Positions 63,553 to 64,000 of a stretch of 64,000 nucleotides of DNA are shown here, piece by piece. The notes below the pieces were generated by a model. That model searched no databases, was not told where the DNA came from, and worked only from the letters and a program-made list of their open reading frames with translations. Source of the stretch: Octopus sinensis (lineage: Eukaryota); the NCBI RefSeq assembly GCF_006345805.1, contig NC_042998.1, forward strand, positions 50,964,001 through 51,028,000, in the 5' to 3' direction. Each line of letters starts with the position of its first letter. Positions within the stretch are counted from its first letter, which is position 1. The translations under genes and the position numbers were made by a program.

Positions 63553-63836
63553 TCTGTTGAGCTGGAGAAATGTGTTTTGCTCTGATGAGCTAGAGTACTG
63601 TATTATACTCTGATGAGATGGAGGACTGTGTGATGCTCTGATGAGCTGGAGTACTGTATTGTGCTCTGATGAGCTGGAGAACTGTGTGATGCTTTGATGA
63701 GCCGAAGAACTTTGCTGTGCTCTAATGAGCTGGAGAACTGTGTCATCCTTTGATGAGCTAGAGAACTGTGTTGTATTCTGATGAGCTGGAGAACTATGTT
63801 GTGCTCTGTTGAGCAGGAGAACTGTCATGCTCTAAT
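63553..63836. repeat. 10 x 28 bp minisatellite
   Basis: Unit TCTGATGAGCTGGAGAACTGTGTTGTGC; starts every 28 bp from 63553 to 63805. Confidence 0.9.
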
Positions 63837-64000
63837 ACTTGGTCCTTTATTCATGGTGTCAGCAATAATGAAGATCACCTTGTAACTTGCAGGGGTAAGG
63901 GCCTAAAGTGGACCCTATAACTGTGGGATAATAGAAGAGAAGGAATGTTATGATTTTATATAAGGAATGATGGGGGTTTAAATAAAATGAGAAGAACAGA

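Noticed and set aside
63544-63828. 94 aa repetitive ORF
   Set aside because: The 28 bp unit is not a multiple of 3; the ORF reflects absence of stops on one strand.

Overview
AT-rich, repeat-dense animal genomic DNA. The SINE/RTE/microsatellite load suggests a cephalopod (Octopus-like) genome, but that is inference. The only supported host gene is a TTLL6/TTLL13-type tubulin polyglutamylase on the minus strand. Two exons (19217-19257, 41 nt; 3404-3522, 119 nt) splice in frame across a 15.7 kb GT-AG intron to give (R/K)WLSVSLASCKYEVVRRMTKKFGFKEVGENDDWILYWTDYSVALERVMDMKSYQ. The next exon (KINHFPGM...) was not found and probably lies left of the window; the upstream exon was not found either. 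The rest is intronic or intergenic repeat: at least four tRNA-type SINE families (my labels A, C, D, F), many 5'-truncated RTE LINE 3' ends, CR1-like and R4-like LINE scraps, three Penelope-like (PLE) ORF remnants, mariner DD34D and maT DD37D transposase remnants, Tc2-, mariner- and piggyBac-like MITEs, non-autonomous Helitrons, minisatellites and microsatellites. Most notable is a non-coding ~330-360 bp repeat family (my label H) at three loci. Each monomer carries a decayed minimal type I hammerhead ribozyme whose palindromic stem III covaries between copies, and two loci show an inverted-plus-tandem layout typical of PLE pseudo-LTRs or retrozymes. Also notable: an 870 bp foldback element with a 6 bp TSD, a 17 x 82 bp array grown out of an RTE 3'UTR, and a Helitron 3'-end duplication showing filled and empty sites. 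Repeat boundaries are approximate unless TIRs or TSDs are quoted.
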